From assembly GCA_002633005.1 (NCBI GenBank), contig NMRA01000531.1, positions 78,590-142,589 on the forward strand: DNA of 64,000 nucleotides. Reading direction: 5' to 3'. Each line of letters starts with the position of its first letter. Within the stretch, counting starts at the first letter, position 1. Of the stretch, positions 53,684-64,000 are shown piece after piece. Source of the DNA: Phoronis australis. Taxonomy: Eukaryota > Animalia > Phoronida. The notes under the pieces were generated by a model. It made no database searches, was not told the origin of the DNA, and saw only the letters and a list, made by a program, of their open reading frames with translations. Made by a program: the position numbers and the translations under genes.

Positions 53684-53839
53684 TAGTTACACACTGAACT
53701 TGGGAATGTCTAGGAGTAATCTTTTACATTACAAGAACTCTATGAAGCTACACTTTTTTGTAATTGTTTCAGGGATAGCAGCAGACAGAAAAGAAACACT
53801 TCCAAAGAATACATGGTAGTGAAGTTCTGATACTTGTCA

Positions 53840-54899
53840 ATGAGGCTGAAACTGCGCAAATTAGCCAAATGTTTCATTGGTAGTTCTGTTGTCGCCACAT
53901 TGCTTTTAATTCTCACTTGGGTGAACCTGGAAGTTAGAAATGAGTTCTGGGTGATTCAGCGTCCACAGCAGTCAACAGCTAGACATGTGGGGACTATGAC
54001 GCCATCCTTGACACCCACGGCACAACAGACTACAAGATCGTTGTTTCCTGTGAGCTGTCCAGAGCTCATTTTTGGTCAGGCTGCGGAGTTGCAGCGCAGC
54101 CAGAAATTCATGAAACTCTTGAAGCGCACGGCGATTCCTGACGAGGACTTCCCACAGCTCACAAAAAACTGCTCAGAATTCACAGAGACTAGAGGTTACA
54201 TTACGAAGCCCGGACCTACAGAAGAGGAGAGAGAATATCCAATTGCATTCAGTATCTTGGGATACCAGTACGTGGAGCAGATCGAGAGACTGTTAAATGT
54301 GATTTACAGGCCACAGAATTTTTACTGCATCCACATTGACAGGAAAAGCGCCAAACCAGTGTTAGAAGGTGTCACATCAATAGCTCGCTGCCTTCCCAAT
54401 GTATTTCTAGCAAAGAGGCAGGAAGCTATAGTGTATGCTGGTTTCACAAGACTCCAAGCTGATTTGAACTGTATGGAAGATGCCTTGAATAGCGAGGTTC
54501 GTTGGAGGTATCTTATCAACCTTTCTGCGGAAATGTTCCCCTTGCGAACAAATCACGAGCTTGTCCGTATCTTTAAGGTGTATAACGGGTCCAATGACAT
54601 TGAAGGTATCCGAGCCGCTTCCCACAGCTGGCGTTGGAGAACATCTTTCAAAGAAGAGAATGGTGTCCTTCACAAAACAAATATCACCAAGTCTCAACCA
54701 CCATACGGGATCACGATTGTGAAGGGTAGTGCTTATGGTGCGTTCACTAGGGAATTCCTGAAGTATGCGTTACATGACCCTTGGGCTAAAGATTTACTTA
54801 ATTGGATGAGGGACACATACAGCCCAGACGAACAGTATTTCCCAACACTACATAATGCCTGGGACCATCCACAGCTTAATGTGCCAGGCAGCTTTAAAG
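53840..54899 (+). CDS. GCNT: beta-1,6-N-acetylglucosaminyltransferase (GT14), gene B, coding exon 1
   Basis: Same motif set as gene A, including YSPDE. Acceptor tttcag| at 53772; ATG at 53840 (the ORF track start at 53834 is TTG); donor aaag|gtaaag after 54899. Confidence 0.93.
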
Positions 54900-55809
54900 G
54901 TAAAGTAGGTGTTAGGTTCAAACCCTCAGTCACATTTCTACCTTCTTTCAGTCCTTCATCTCTTTAAATTATAAATGTTTTCAACTCCTTGATGATTACA
55001 GCAACTTAGCAGGTTCATAAATTGGCAAGTCTCCATCTGTTTTGTGTTTTTCTAAAAACACTTAGTTTTTATGAAAATCAATGAAATTTCTAGATATGAA
55101 AATGTTCATAGTAGGTAAACAAATTGTGTTAGTTAGCTGTGAACATTCCCATTCGCAATACTTCGTAATTGACCCAGGCATCAGTCATTTTGGTTTATGC
55201 CAGTCAAGTGTGGAGACTGTTGTCCATTTTAGCATTATCTGATGGCAGTAAAATGCCAAGATATGTCGATGACTTTTAATATGTTGATACAAAACTGTCT
55301 CAGCAGGCACAGGGAATTTTATCTATTTCTTCAAACTGAATCGATACCAAACTACCAGCCTCATTGAATTCTCTAGTTGAATTACTTTCCATAACAAATT
55401 GATTACTTTGTGTAGTGTGGCTCCTCTCCAAAACACATATAACAAGCTGGACACCAACAATGACATATTGATGTCACTCAACAATCAGATAATTGACTGC
55501 TGACACTTCAGGCTGTTCCTTATAGATTTATAATTCTGGACAATCGCATAATCTTAATACCTGCACAAAATAATGCCTAGTTGTTCGTAATCATGTGAAA
55601 AAAAATCTTTGTTCTTCACAGACCACCATTTCCAAAAAACAAATTTTCAAGTGAAAATTGCAACTTCTGTTTCGTTATTCTATTAGCTAGGCATGTGGGA
55701 TTTTGTTTTGAAGTCTTTTAGCAAAAGAAATATTCTGTGGAAAAATATAACCTCAACCTTACTTAAAAAGTTTGATATTTATCCATTCAAACAGTATCTT
55801 CTGTTTGTG

Positions 55810-55955
55810 AATCGTGAAGATAGTGTCAGGGCCTGTTGACGAATGGTGAAGATAGTGTCAGGGCCCGTTGATGAATCGTGAAGATTGTGTCAGGGCCCGT
55901 TGATGAATCGTGAAGATAGTGTCAGGGCCGGTTGATGAATCGTGAAGATAGTCTC
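55810..55955. repeat. 32-bp minisatellite x4.5 in the gene B intron
   Basis: gaatcgtgaagatagtgtcagggcccgttgat repeated head-to-tail with no spacers. Confidence 0.9.
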
Positions 55956-56444
55956 AATGAATACAACTGCACTTAAAATCGCATTGCCGTTTAGGTCCTG
56001 CTATACTTTAGCATAATTAGGAGTATGCAAATACACCTTTAAGTGAGAAATCAGGGGTAGACGTTTACCTAAACCGATGATTTGAGTTGACGCGTCAGAC
56101 TTGATTGCAAAAGTCAAATAAAACACAGTAAGCGACTAGTGGCAAGGACCCTCTTAAACTTGGACAGTTTGGTACTCAAAGTCAGTTTTGTTGGTTTTGA
56201 GAGCAAAAATTCCCGTGAGATAGGTATTCACAAAGACACAAACTCTTTCCGAGGAAGTTTCAGCCAAGGGTGGGTGTCCAGCATCGGCTTTCAAAAATGA
56301 AAATAGGCAAATTTCACTTGTGGGCTTTGACACAAATGAGTACGGTACAGTGTCACTTAATATGGGCTAATTGAAGGACTGACTTGCACGTGGTTGTTTA
56401 ATTTACTCGGTGTTTAATCTTGCCATGACTGGGTTTCCTTTCAG

Positions 56445-56737
56445 GAGATTACACTAAAAACAAGTGGATGGTAGTCTATGCTCACTGGTATACTGCCGAC
56501 GATCCATGCACAGGTGTCAATATACGTGGGATCTGCATGCCGACAGTCAAGGATTTGCCCAAACTGGTCCAACGTAAAGAGATGTTCCTCAACAAATTCA
56601 AACCATTCGACTCAGACTACATAGTTGTGCATTGTCTAACAGAGTGGCTCAAAGACAGAGTGCGCAAGAATCCACCATTCAATCTGACCACCTACCAGGA
56701 ACTGCCATTTGTGAAGGAGAGAAAACGCCATTTATAG
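56445..56737 (+). CDS. GCNT: GCNT gene B, coding exon 2
   Basis: Acceptor ttcctttcag| at 56444; phase-1 join G-DYTKNKWMVVYAHW...PCTG..RGIC...FLNKF; TAG at 56735-56737. Confidence 0.9.
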
Positions 56738-57084
56738 TTGTGGTTTAGGACAGCATGTGCCATATTTGCAGTTGAGAGTACAAGATATAGATTATGTGCT
56801 CATTTTGACTAGAGAAAGTTATGAAACTATCAAATCTATTCTCTTTAAACTAGATAATCAAAATTCTGGTGCTATTTAAACAAGGTTTCTGTTGAGCATG
56901 GCAGGAGTGAATGCTTGGCATGACCACATGCCATGTTTCATGCACATTATGATTTTGAATTATTGTAATTTATCTCATTTTGTTGCTTTTGAAGTATCAG
57001 AGTTAAGATATTGAGGACAGGTCGATTTTAAAAGCCATATGTAGTTATGAATAGTTTATATCTTGTTGAAAGGTTAAACACCTT

Positions 57085-57172
57085 GCAGAGGACCATGCTG
57101 GATATTAGTCTTTGGCTAAAGCATGTATTACATTTATTGTATTTTTATCCTCTTTAAATAAAGTTTATTATT
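57085..57172 (+). mobile_element. ~90-bp 3' terminal fragment of the same LINE family as 11345-13145, carrying AATAAA
   Basis: gcagaggaccatgctggatattagtctttggctaaagcatg...cctctttaaataaagttt is the reverse complement of ~11403-11485. Confidence 0.85.
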
Positions 57173-57599
57173 AACACTTCTTGTTACTGGTTAGAATGAC
57201 TCCTTGTTACTGGACTTGTTATTGTATTTAATCCATCATTCCTTTTTGAGCAATTTTACTTATTTGCTTGTTCTTAAAGGTATTTTGAACCACTTCAATA
57301 GATTTTGATGAATAAAATAAACATAAGTTCTTCAAACCGGAGGTGGTGAGGCAACTTGTGGGAATACCCTGTATTTGATAAATGTGTTCACAGCATTGGC
57401 CAGGGTGATTTTCAGTATCGATCCCTTATTTTGTCAATGACCTGAGCAATGATGCCAGAAATAGGTGATCAAACCCAATACAACAGCAATTCAGTTGGTC
57501 ATACACACATTTTGTATTCAAAGTGATTTGTTCGCAGCATCAGGCTTCTGGTTTTGTAAACTTATAAAAAAGACTCGCAATACATTTAGGAGTATGCAA

Positions 57600-58280
57600 A
57601 ATATTTCAAATTGTCCAACAATACATTCAAAAGTTATCATTGTCAACAAACCTTAGCAATCACACAACTTAACTGTTGAGCGCTCTCTACGACTCTGAGC
57701 TATTCACCCACAATGCTACATGTCAGTAGGGCAATTGCTGTCCTGCTAATCATTATTTTACATCAAACTTGATTTGTCATTGTAATGACCACAAAGTTAT
57801 AATGTTGTGTAGTGAGTTTCAATGTCCACAGCAAATTTTGAAAAGATGAAAGAGGCCTGATGAATTGTTCTTCAGGTGTTACCAGTTGACTACCACTTGA
57901 AAAGTGCATTCCGTATGCGAGTTGGACACAATTCAAGATCATATGTCAAAACAGGCAGTTCCATGATTTACCAGACACACGAAAGTTACTTCACACTAAC
58001 CGGAGATTTCTGCAGTGTATGTAAGCCATAAGTGTACATTTCACTAATGGCATTTTTTGAGGCCTGAACTAGCACATTTCATCCAAAATTATGCTCAGGC
58101 ATATATTTGGCACAGTCGAATGAATAGATGCAACAAAATTATCAATATATTAACTTAATTAATACATCGTTAGTTAGATCCCCAATAAGGAATTGAAAAT
58201 TATATACGGTAGCTCCCAAAGTTTTAGTATTTCCCAAACATGTTCCTGGGGCATAATTTCCCCCAATTGCATTGGCCTAA
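57600..58280 (-). pseudogene. heavily decayed PIF/Harbinger (ISL2EU-like, DDE_Tnp_4) transposase
   Basis: Motif ghosts in the expected order: IHC-EI (IDCTEI), SG..F.S..LW, MTNQ-FDV (MADRGFDI), LAGQQL and IA-RVVESA (IA..RIHVERA). Confidence 0.45.
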
Positions 58281-59221
58281 GGCAGGTATTTTTCTTGACT
58301 GATATACGGTAGTAAACCCCTTCAGAAGCATCTATGGAGAGCACACTGTTCAAGGGCATGAAGGGACTTGGGATGTGCATGGCAACAACTATGAGGGTTA
58401 CTACCATAAATTTTAGATAATACCAGGTAGTGTACCAAATGTGACATACGATTTCATCACATGGATCATAAATTTCTTATCATAAGACCATTGACAATTT
58501 ATGGTTTATCTTTGTAATCCTGTTATGAAACGGGCCTAAGTGCATGCTTTAGTACCATTGCAAACACAGCCTCGGCTAGAAATATACGTGACTTATCGCA
58601 GTAGCCTGTCATTATGAAATGATGTGGTGCCATCAATAAAATGCATCATAAGCCACATGATTTTCCTATTTCACCTGTCTCCTCATTTTCAATTTGAGGT
58701 AGGTCACTGATTTATTTTGAATTGGTCATAATTCGGCACTCATGTCAGCTAAGTTTTCACACACCAGTTCAGACATTATGGTTGAAAGTAGTATATTAAG
58801 AAAATCACTGTGCAACTTATACTGATACTGCCAACAGGAAACAGCGCTCTAAAGTGTTGTGAAAGCACAGAAGTACCTATAACTTGACCAAATTTCAAAC
58901 AGTGCTGTGCAAGACTGTCCGAATTTACATGGACGAAGCGTAACTTGTTCAAATCACCGATACTTTGAGAGATGTTGAACATTTTTGTGTGTTGTTTTGA
59001 TAACCAGTACCACAACACATGGTGGTTGCCAAGAAATTATAAAAAAAAAACGCTGAGAAATCTCAATGTAGGATTAAGTACCACACAAAATGCAAGGCGC
59101 TGTCTACCAACTACCCTACTGCGATCTAGCTATGCCACCATTCTATTGAAAATGTCCATTCAGTACAAATATTCTGTCTACAATGAAACTGGTTTGAGGA
59201 TGTATTACAGAGGCTGTGTGA

Positions 59222-59580
59222 TTACCTGTAAGTCAAGAATCTCCACGAGCAGATGATCTGACTCATAACACAAATGAGCTGAGGAGTTTTCAGGAAACAT
59301 TGACAATTGGACAACACAGTTTCCATGCGAATTGGACAACTGCTATGTAGCCTAGTAGAAAGATCCAATTCACTTTCCAACAGGGGCAAAATGTTTTCAA
59401 ACTTCATTGAAAACACCACTGGACTCTTTGTTTGACAGCTTAATACAGATTGCTTGTAGTGTCTAAACAATCTACTAGCTTTCTTCAGGTGTGCAGCCAC
59501 GTAGCAGAGAGACATAACACAAACAAATTAAAACATTAGCTATATTTTGAGACTGCATGTCTCCTCATCAGGCAATGAGT
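59222..59580 (-). mobile_element. Penelope-like relic with decayed minimal hammerhead ribozyme
   Basis: FSMKFENILPLLE...LHSSCP resembles the Penelope RT C-terminus (FT.E.E...LPFLD...S.HP); adjacent cattgc-CTGATGA-ggagac-atgca-gtctc-AAAA-tata-gctaatg. Confidence 0.55.
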
Positions 59581-60228
59581 GAAATCAGTGAACATATACA
59601 AAGTGAAATAAACAGTAAAATACACAACAGGTTTTTCGTGACTCATCTTGAAGTGAAATGTTTTGTTTTCAACAGTTTTTAAGTTCCCGGTGTTTTTTTA
59701 CGCATTTTCCAAGTCAGTGCTTTGCGCGGATGAATGGTGATGTCAATCATACAAATAGAGGTAAGTTTCAATACTCATATCAAGCCCTTGTCATGAATAG
59801 AATGTCCCCAAAAAGCCATCACAACTCTCCTGGTTTGCACAGTGACATGACCTATTGCTTAGATCACACACACAGTGGTAGCCAAAATTCATAAAGACAC
59901 AAAAGGAAACTGGCCAATGACCAAACCCTGAGAAACCTTGGCATCCAACTGAGACTCACACTATCATGTGATAATCAGGAAATGAAACTGAAAAATCCAC
60001 AGGCTTCTGCATGTAACATGCATTTATGACATTGAGCCACCACCTCATCTATAAACCATGTGGTGTAGTTAATGTAAGATGGAAATGTAATTGACACCAG
60101 CAGTAACAACACATATTAATGCCTCCACACTGAGTCACCCTAGCACGAGTTGTGTATACTTAATGGAACTATTTGTGCTGGGGATACTCCACACTGTTGC
60201 AATAATTTACTCTACCTTACACAATGTA

Positions 60229-60634
60229 CCTAAACTACACGGTCAACGGGCACACACGCATGAACACGACTCACGAACCTGCAAACACTGTCCACTGACT
60301 CACAAACACGGGAACGGACTCACAAAACACGATCCACGCACCCAAATACACGGGACACGGACTCATATTCCCGAGGAACACACGGTTAACGGACCGCCAA
60401 ACACGGGTCACGGACTCATCGCCTTCCTGGGTCAGCTGACATCTTCATTTTGTCCGTAAACTGTGTTTGGCAGTCCGTTAACCGTGCTTCCTCGGGAATA
60501 TGAGTCCGTGTCCCGTGTACTATTTGGGTGCATGGATCGTGTTTTGTGAGTCCGTTCCCATGTTTGTGAGTCAGTGGATGGTGTTTGCAGGTCCGTGAGT
60601 CGTGTTCATGCGTCCGTTGACCGTGTAGTTTAGG
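60229..60634. mobile_element. 406-bp foldback MITE with ~175-bp arms and TA TSD
   Basis: TA|CCTAAACTACACGGTCAACGG ... CCGTTGACCGTGTAGTTTAGG|TA; the arms pair almost throughout, with a ~55-bp spacer. Confidence 0.88.
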
Positions 60635-60717
60635 TACCTTGTTACAGAGGTAGTGGTATCTTGTTCTAAGATAACTTGCTCCAGTGCAAGTCGTGATGTT
60701 GATGCAAACTTGCAACA

Positions 60718-61180
60718 GGAGTCCTGCATTTTGAGAACCAGTTAAATGCCTGTTATTCAGTGGAGAAAATGGTGGCTTAAAATGCGGGACCCTTGTAAGT
60801 GACTATCACCAATAGTAAAACAATTTGTACAGTTTAAAATCCCAATAAAATGATTATGCTGCAGAAAATCCTGTATGACAATGATTTAATGTGTAATGGT
60901 GTGGGTCTACTGCTTACACTTATCATTCAATCCTTGGCAATGGTTGTAGCCTGTTACCTTAAGTGCAATGTGAAGATATTTTTTTCAGTTCTAACCAATT
61001 AAGTGATAGGGGTCCTGCATATTGAGAACCAGTTTTAAGCTCATTCAGTGGAGAAAAGATGGTTCTCAAATTAAGGAACCTGTGTCAGTGACTATTATCC
61101 AGTTTTAAATCAATAAAGTTTTGGACAGATTAAAATCCCAATGAAAGGGTTATTCTGTAGAAAATCCTCTGACTGGATGA
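60718..61180. repeat. diverged direct repeat, ~290-bp period
   Basis: gtcctgcat.ttgagaaccagtt...attcagtggagaaaa...ttaaaatccca at ~60721 and ~61012. Confidence 0.7.
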
Positions 61181-61599
61181 CTTTTCATGTGAACTTACAC
61201 ACCCTCCAAAAGGGAGAGTTTCATATTGCAATATCTCTTAAAGGTGTGTTTTCTACCATAATTTTCCAGTGCTGCACCACATCAAAATATCTGTATCCCT
61301 CCCTCGGGATAGATGCATGGACCTAAATACATGCAACAAAACAGGTTGGCAAGTTTACAGTTTGGATAATGAAGTGGTTGCTTAGGATTTGGGTACACAT
61401 GTTGACTCAGCACTAAGAATCGGTCAATGTTTGACAACAGATTCATGAGCTCTTAAGCATATTGTACAAGTGTTGTGGTCCGGTGATGCACACAGGAACT
61501 CAAAAGTTAGTTATCTGAACACACCATTTATAACCATTTCAATAATGCTGCTGATTTTATCTTCAACAACTGCAATGTTCATCAACAAATACAGTGAAC

Positions 61600-64000
61600 A
61601 ACAACATTAACAACATCATTAACAACAACAAAAGCAACAACATCAACAAAAGCAACAACATCATCAACAACAAAAGAAACATCACCAACAACAACAACAA
61701 CAATGAAAGCGCTCCTAGGAGCGACACTTGGCAAAATTAACAGAAAAGACGACGATAGAGACGATGACGAATATGACGACGATGGTGGCGATAATGAACA
61801 ATTCAAGTAATAATAACATTCACAAGACGAACGTAGAGGCCTGAGACATCAGTAAGTATAGGCTACAGTCTTGAGCGACACTTGGCGAAATTAACTGAAA
61901 AGACGACGACGGAGATGATGACGAATATGATGACGATGGTGATGATGCTGCAGAACATCATAACATTCATATGACGCACTCACTTAGATGTCATAAATCA
62001 GTAAGAAATAGGCTACAGTCTTGTTCAATAGAAGCTATACCAACATTAATGCAGTAAGAGCGCTCAACAAAGGAACAACGCTATCAGAAAATCTCGAATA
62101 ATTCAAAAAGTAGATATCCTAGCGAAAAATGAAAGATATCATCTGAAAGCGCATTTAAAACTCTATCTAAATTGATAGTACCACGCACTTCCGTAAATTT
62201 TTCGAAAAAAATGAAATTTTGCGGTTTTTTAAGAAATTCAAAGTCAAATAACTCGAAAACGGTAAGTCTGAGAAAAAAATTGTTACAGTTCATTTGAAAG
62301 AGTATACCTTGGAGAATCCACATGCAAAAATTCACGTCATTTTCTCCTTCCATTTACATGGCACCTCAGAACGACTCAAAAAAGGTCAACATGCGCAAGA
62401 TCCGCCACCTTGAAAGTAACTTTCGGTTATTCTGCTTTATATCATAGCATGTCACAAAAAACTAATATCTTAAAAAATTCGAAGGAATTGGCTCTATAAT
62501 GCGCCCTCTACAGGAGAAAACGTTTTTTTCCCGAAATCGAGGTGAGCATGCACGAGTGCCAATATTTCCGCCACCTTTAAACGGAAGAGAACAATTTCCG
62601 GGATACATGTAGTGCACATCCGGTCCAATAAATGTGCCGATTTTCAATCCTGTACGTAAAAAATTGAAGCCTCCAGAAGCCTTTGATTCTTAAAATGAAA
62701 ACAAAATGGCCGCCACAGCCGCCATCTTGGATCCGATTATGACGAAAAACAATAGACTTCCAGTACTTCTGAAACTACGTGTTATGTGTAAATTTCGTGA
62801 TAATCGGACGAAAATTGTGACCTGTATCGTGCGAACAAACAAAATGAAAGCGCTCCGAGGAGCGAAACTTGGCGAAATTGGCCAAAAAGATGACGATAAA
62901 GATGATGACGAAGATGACGAATACGACGACGATGGTGGCAAAGATGAACAAAAGAAGTAATAATAACATGCACGACGGATGTAGAAGTCCGAAATTAGTA
63001 AGATAAAGGCTACAGTCTTGAGCGACACTTGGCAAAATTAACGGAAAAGACAACGACGGAGATGATGACGAAGATGATGACGATGACAAATACGATGATG
63101 GTGGTGGCGATGATGAACAACATCACAACACTCATATGACGAACTTAGATGTCATAAATCAATAAGAAATAGGCTACAGTCTAGTTCAATAGAAGATAAA
63201 CCAACATCTATGCAGCAAGAACGCTCAACAAAGGAACAGCGTTATCAGAAAATCTCAAATAACTCGAAAAGTAGACGTCCTAGCAAAAAATGGAAAACAT
63301 CTTCTGAAAGCCCGTTCAAAATTCTATCTAAACTGATGGTATCACCTAATTCCGTAAATTTTTTGAAAGAAATGAAATTTTGCATTTTTTTTAAGAAATT
63401 CAAAGTCAAATAACTCGAAAACGGTAAGTCTGAGAAAAAAATTGTCGCAGGCCATTTGAAAGAATATACTTCAAAGAATCCACATGCAAAAAATTACGTC
63501 TTTTTCTCTTCCCGTTTAAAATCGCACTCCAGCACAACTGAAAATGGGTCAACATGCGCCAGATCCGCCATCTTAAAAGCAACTTCCGGTTTTTTGGCTT
63601 TGTATAATAGCATGTCATAAGAAACTAATACCTGTCAAAATTCGAATGAATTGGTCTTATAATGCGCCCTCTACAGGAGAAAACGTTTTTAGGCCAAAAT
63701 CGAGGAGCGCATGCGCGATCGCCGATATTTCCGCCATCTTTAACTGGAAGTAAACAATTTCAGGTATACTTGTAGAAAACTTCCGGTCCATTTACTGTGC
63801 CGATTCTTAGCCTTTTACGTTAAAAATTGTAGCCTCCAGAAGCATTTGAACCTTTAATTGAAAACAAAATGGCCACCACAGCCACCATCTTGGATCCGAT
63901 TTTGACGAAAAACAATAGGTTTCCAGTACTTCCGAAACTACGTGTTATNAACATACTTGGCGAAATTTATTTCTCCAAGTAACAACATAAAAGAATAGCA
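61600..64000. repeat. tandem ~1.15-kb units with (CAA)n/(GAY)n microsatellites, probably continuing past the window
   Basis: atgaaagcgctcc..ggagcga at ~61703 and ~62844; aaaatggccgccacagccgccatcttggatccg at ~62703 and ~63866. Confidence 0.85.

Noticed and set aside
55810-55955. CRISPR-like 32-bp repeats (likewise 36462-36545 and the foldback subrepeats)
   Set aside because: Head-to-tail repeats without unique spacers, no cas genes, and a eukaryotic context.
62706-62960. Asp-rich 84-aa ORF
   Set aside because: It lies in the tandem repeat, the acidic tail is a GAY microsatellite, and I could not confirm an equivalent ORF in the other unit.

Overview
Eukaryotic, repeat-rich animal genomic DNA (probably a marine invertebrate; draft scaffold with two N-gaps and several single-n joins). 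The only intact host genes I can support are two tandem, same-strand paralogues of the GT14 core-2/I-branching beta-1,6-N-acetylglucosaminyltransferase (GCNT) family. Each has a large first coding exon and one phase-1 intron: gene A join(4168..5230,13215..13495), 447 aa; gene B join(53840..54899,56445..56737), 450 aa. Much of the rest is nested transposon material: Helentron-associated (HINE/DINE-1-like) elements with CTCF-like motif arrays, CA..TG hAT-type elements with 5-bp TSDs, Kolobok elements (one with a THAP ORF), Harbinger-like and Tc1/mariner-like MITEs, CR1/L2 and L1/Tx1 LINE fragments, Tc1, ISL2EU and tyrosine-recombinase relics, and a Penelope relic with a decayed hammerhead ribozyme. 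A 10.1-kb foldback element carries an inverted copy of a neighbouring 2.2-kb segment. The most notable points are this foldback/Pack-like element, a synonymous-change-free tract shared by the two GCNT genes, an Arg/His difference at their UDP-binding site, and the 5-bp-TSD hAT family. All alignments were done by eye and no searches were run.
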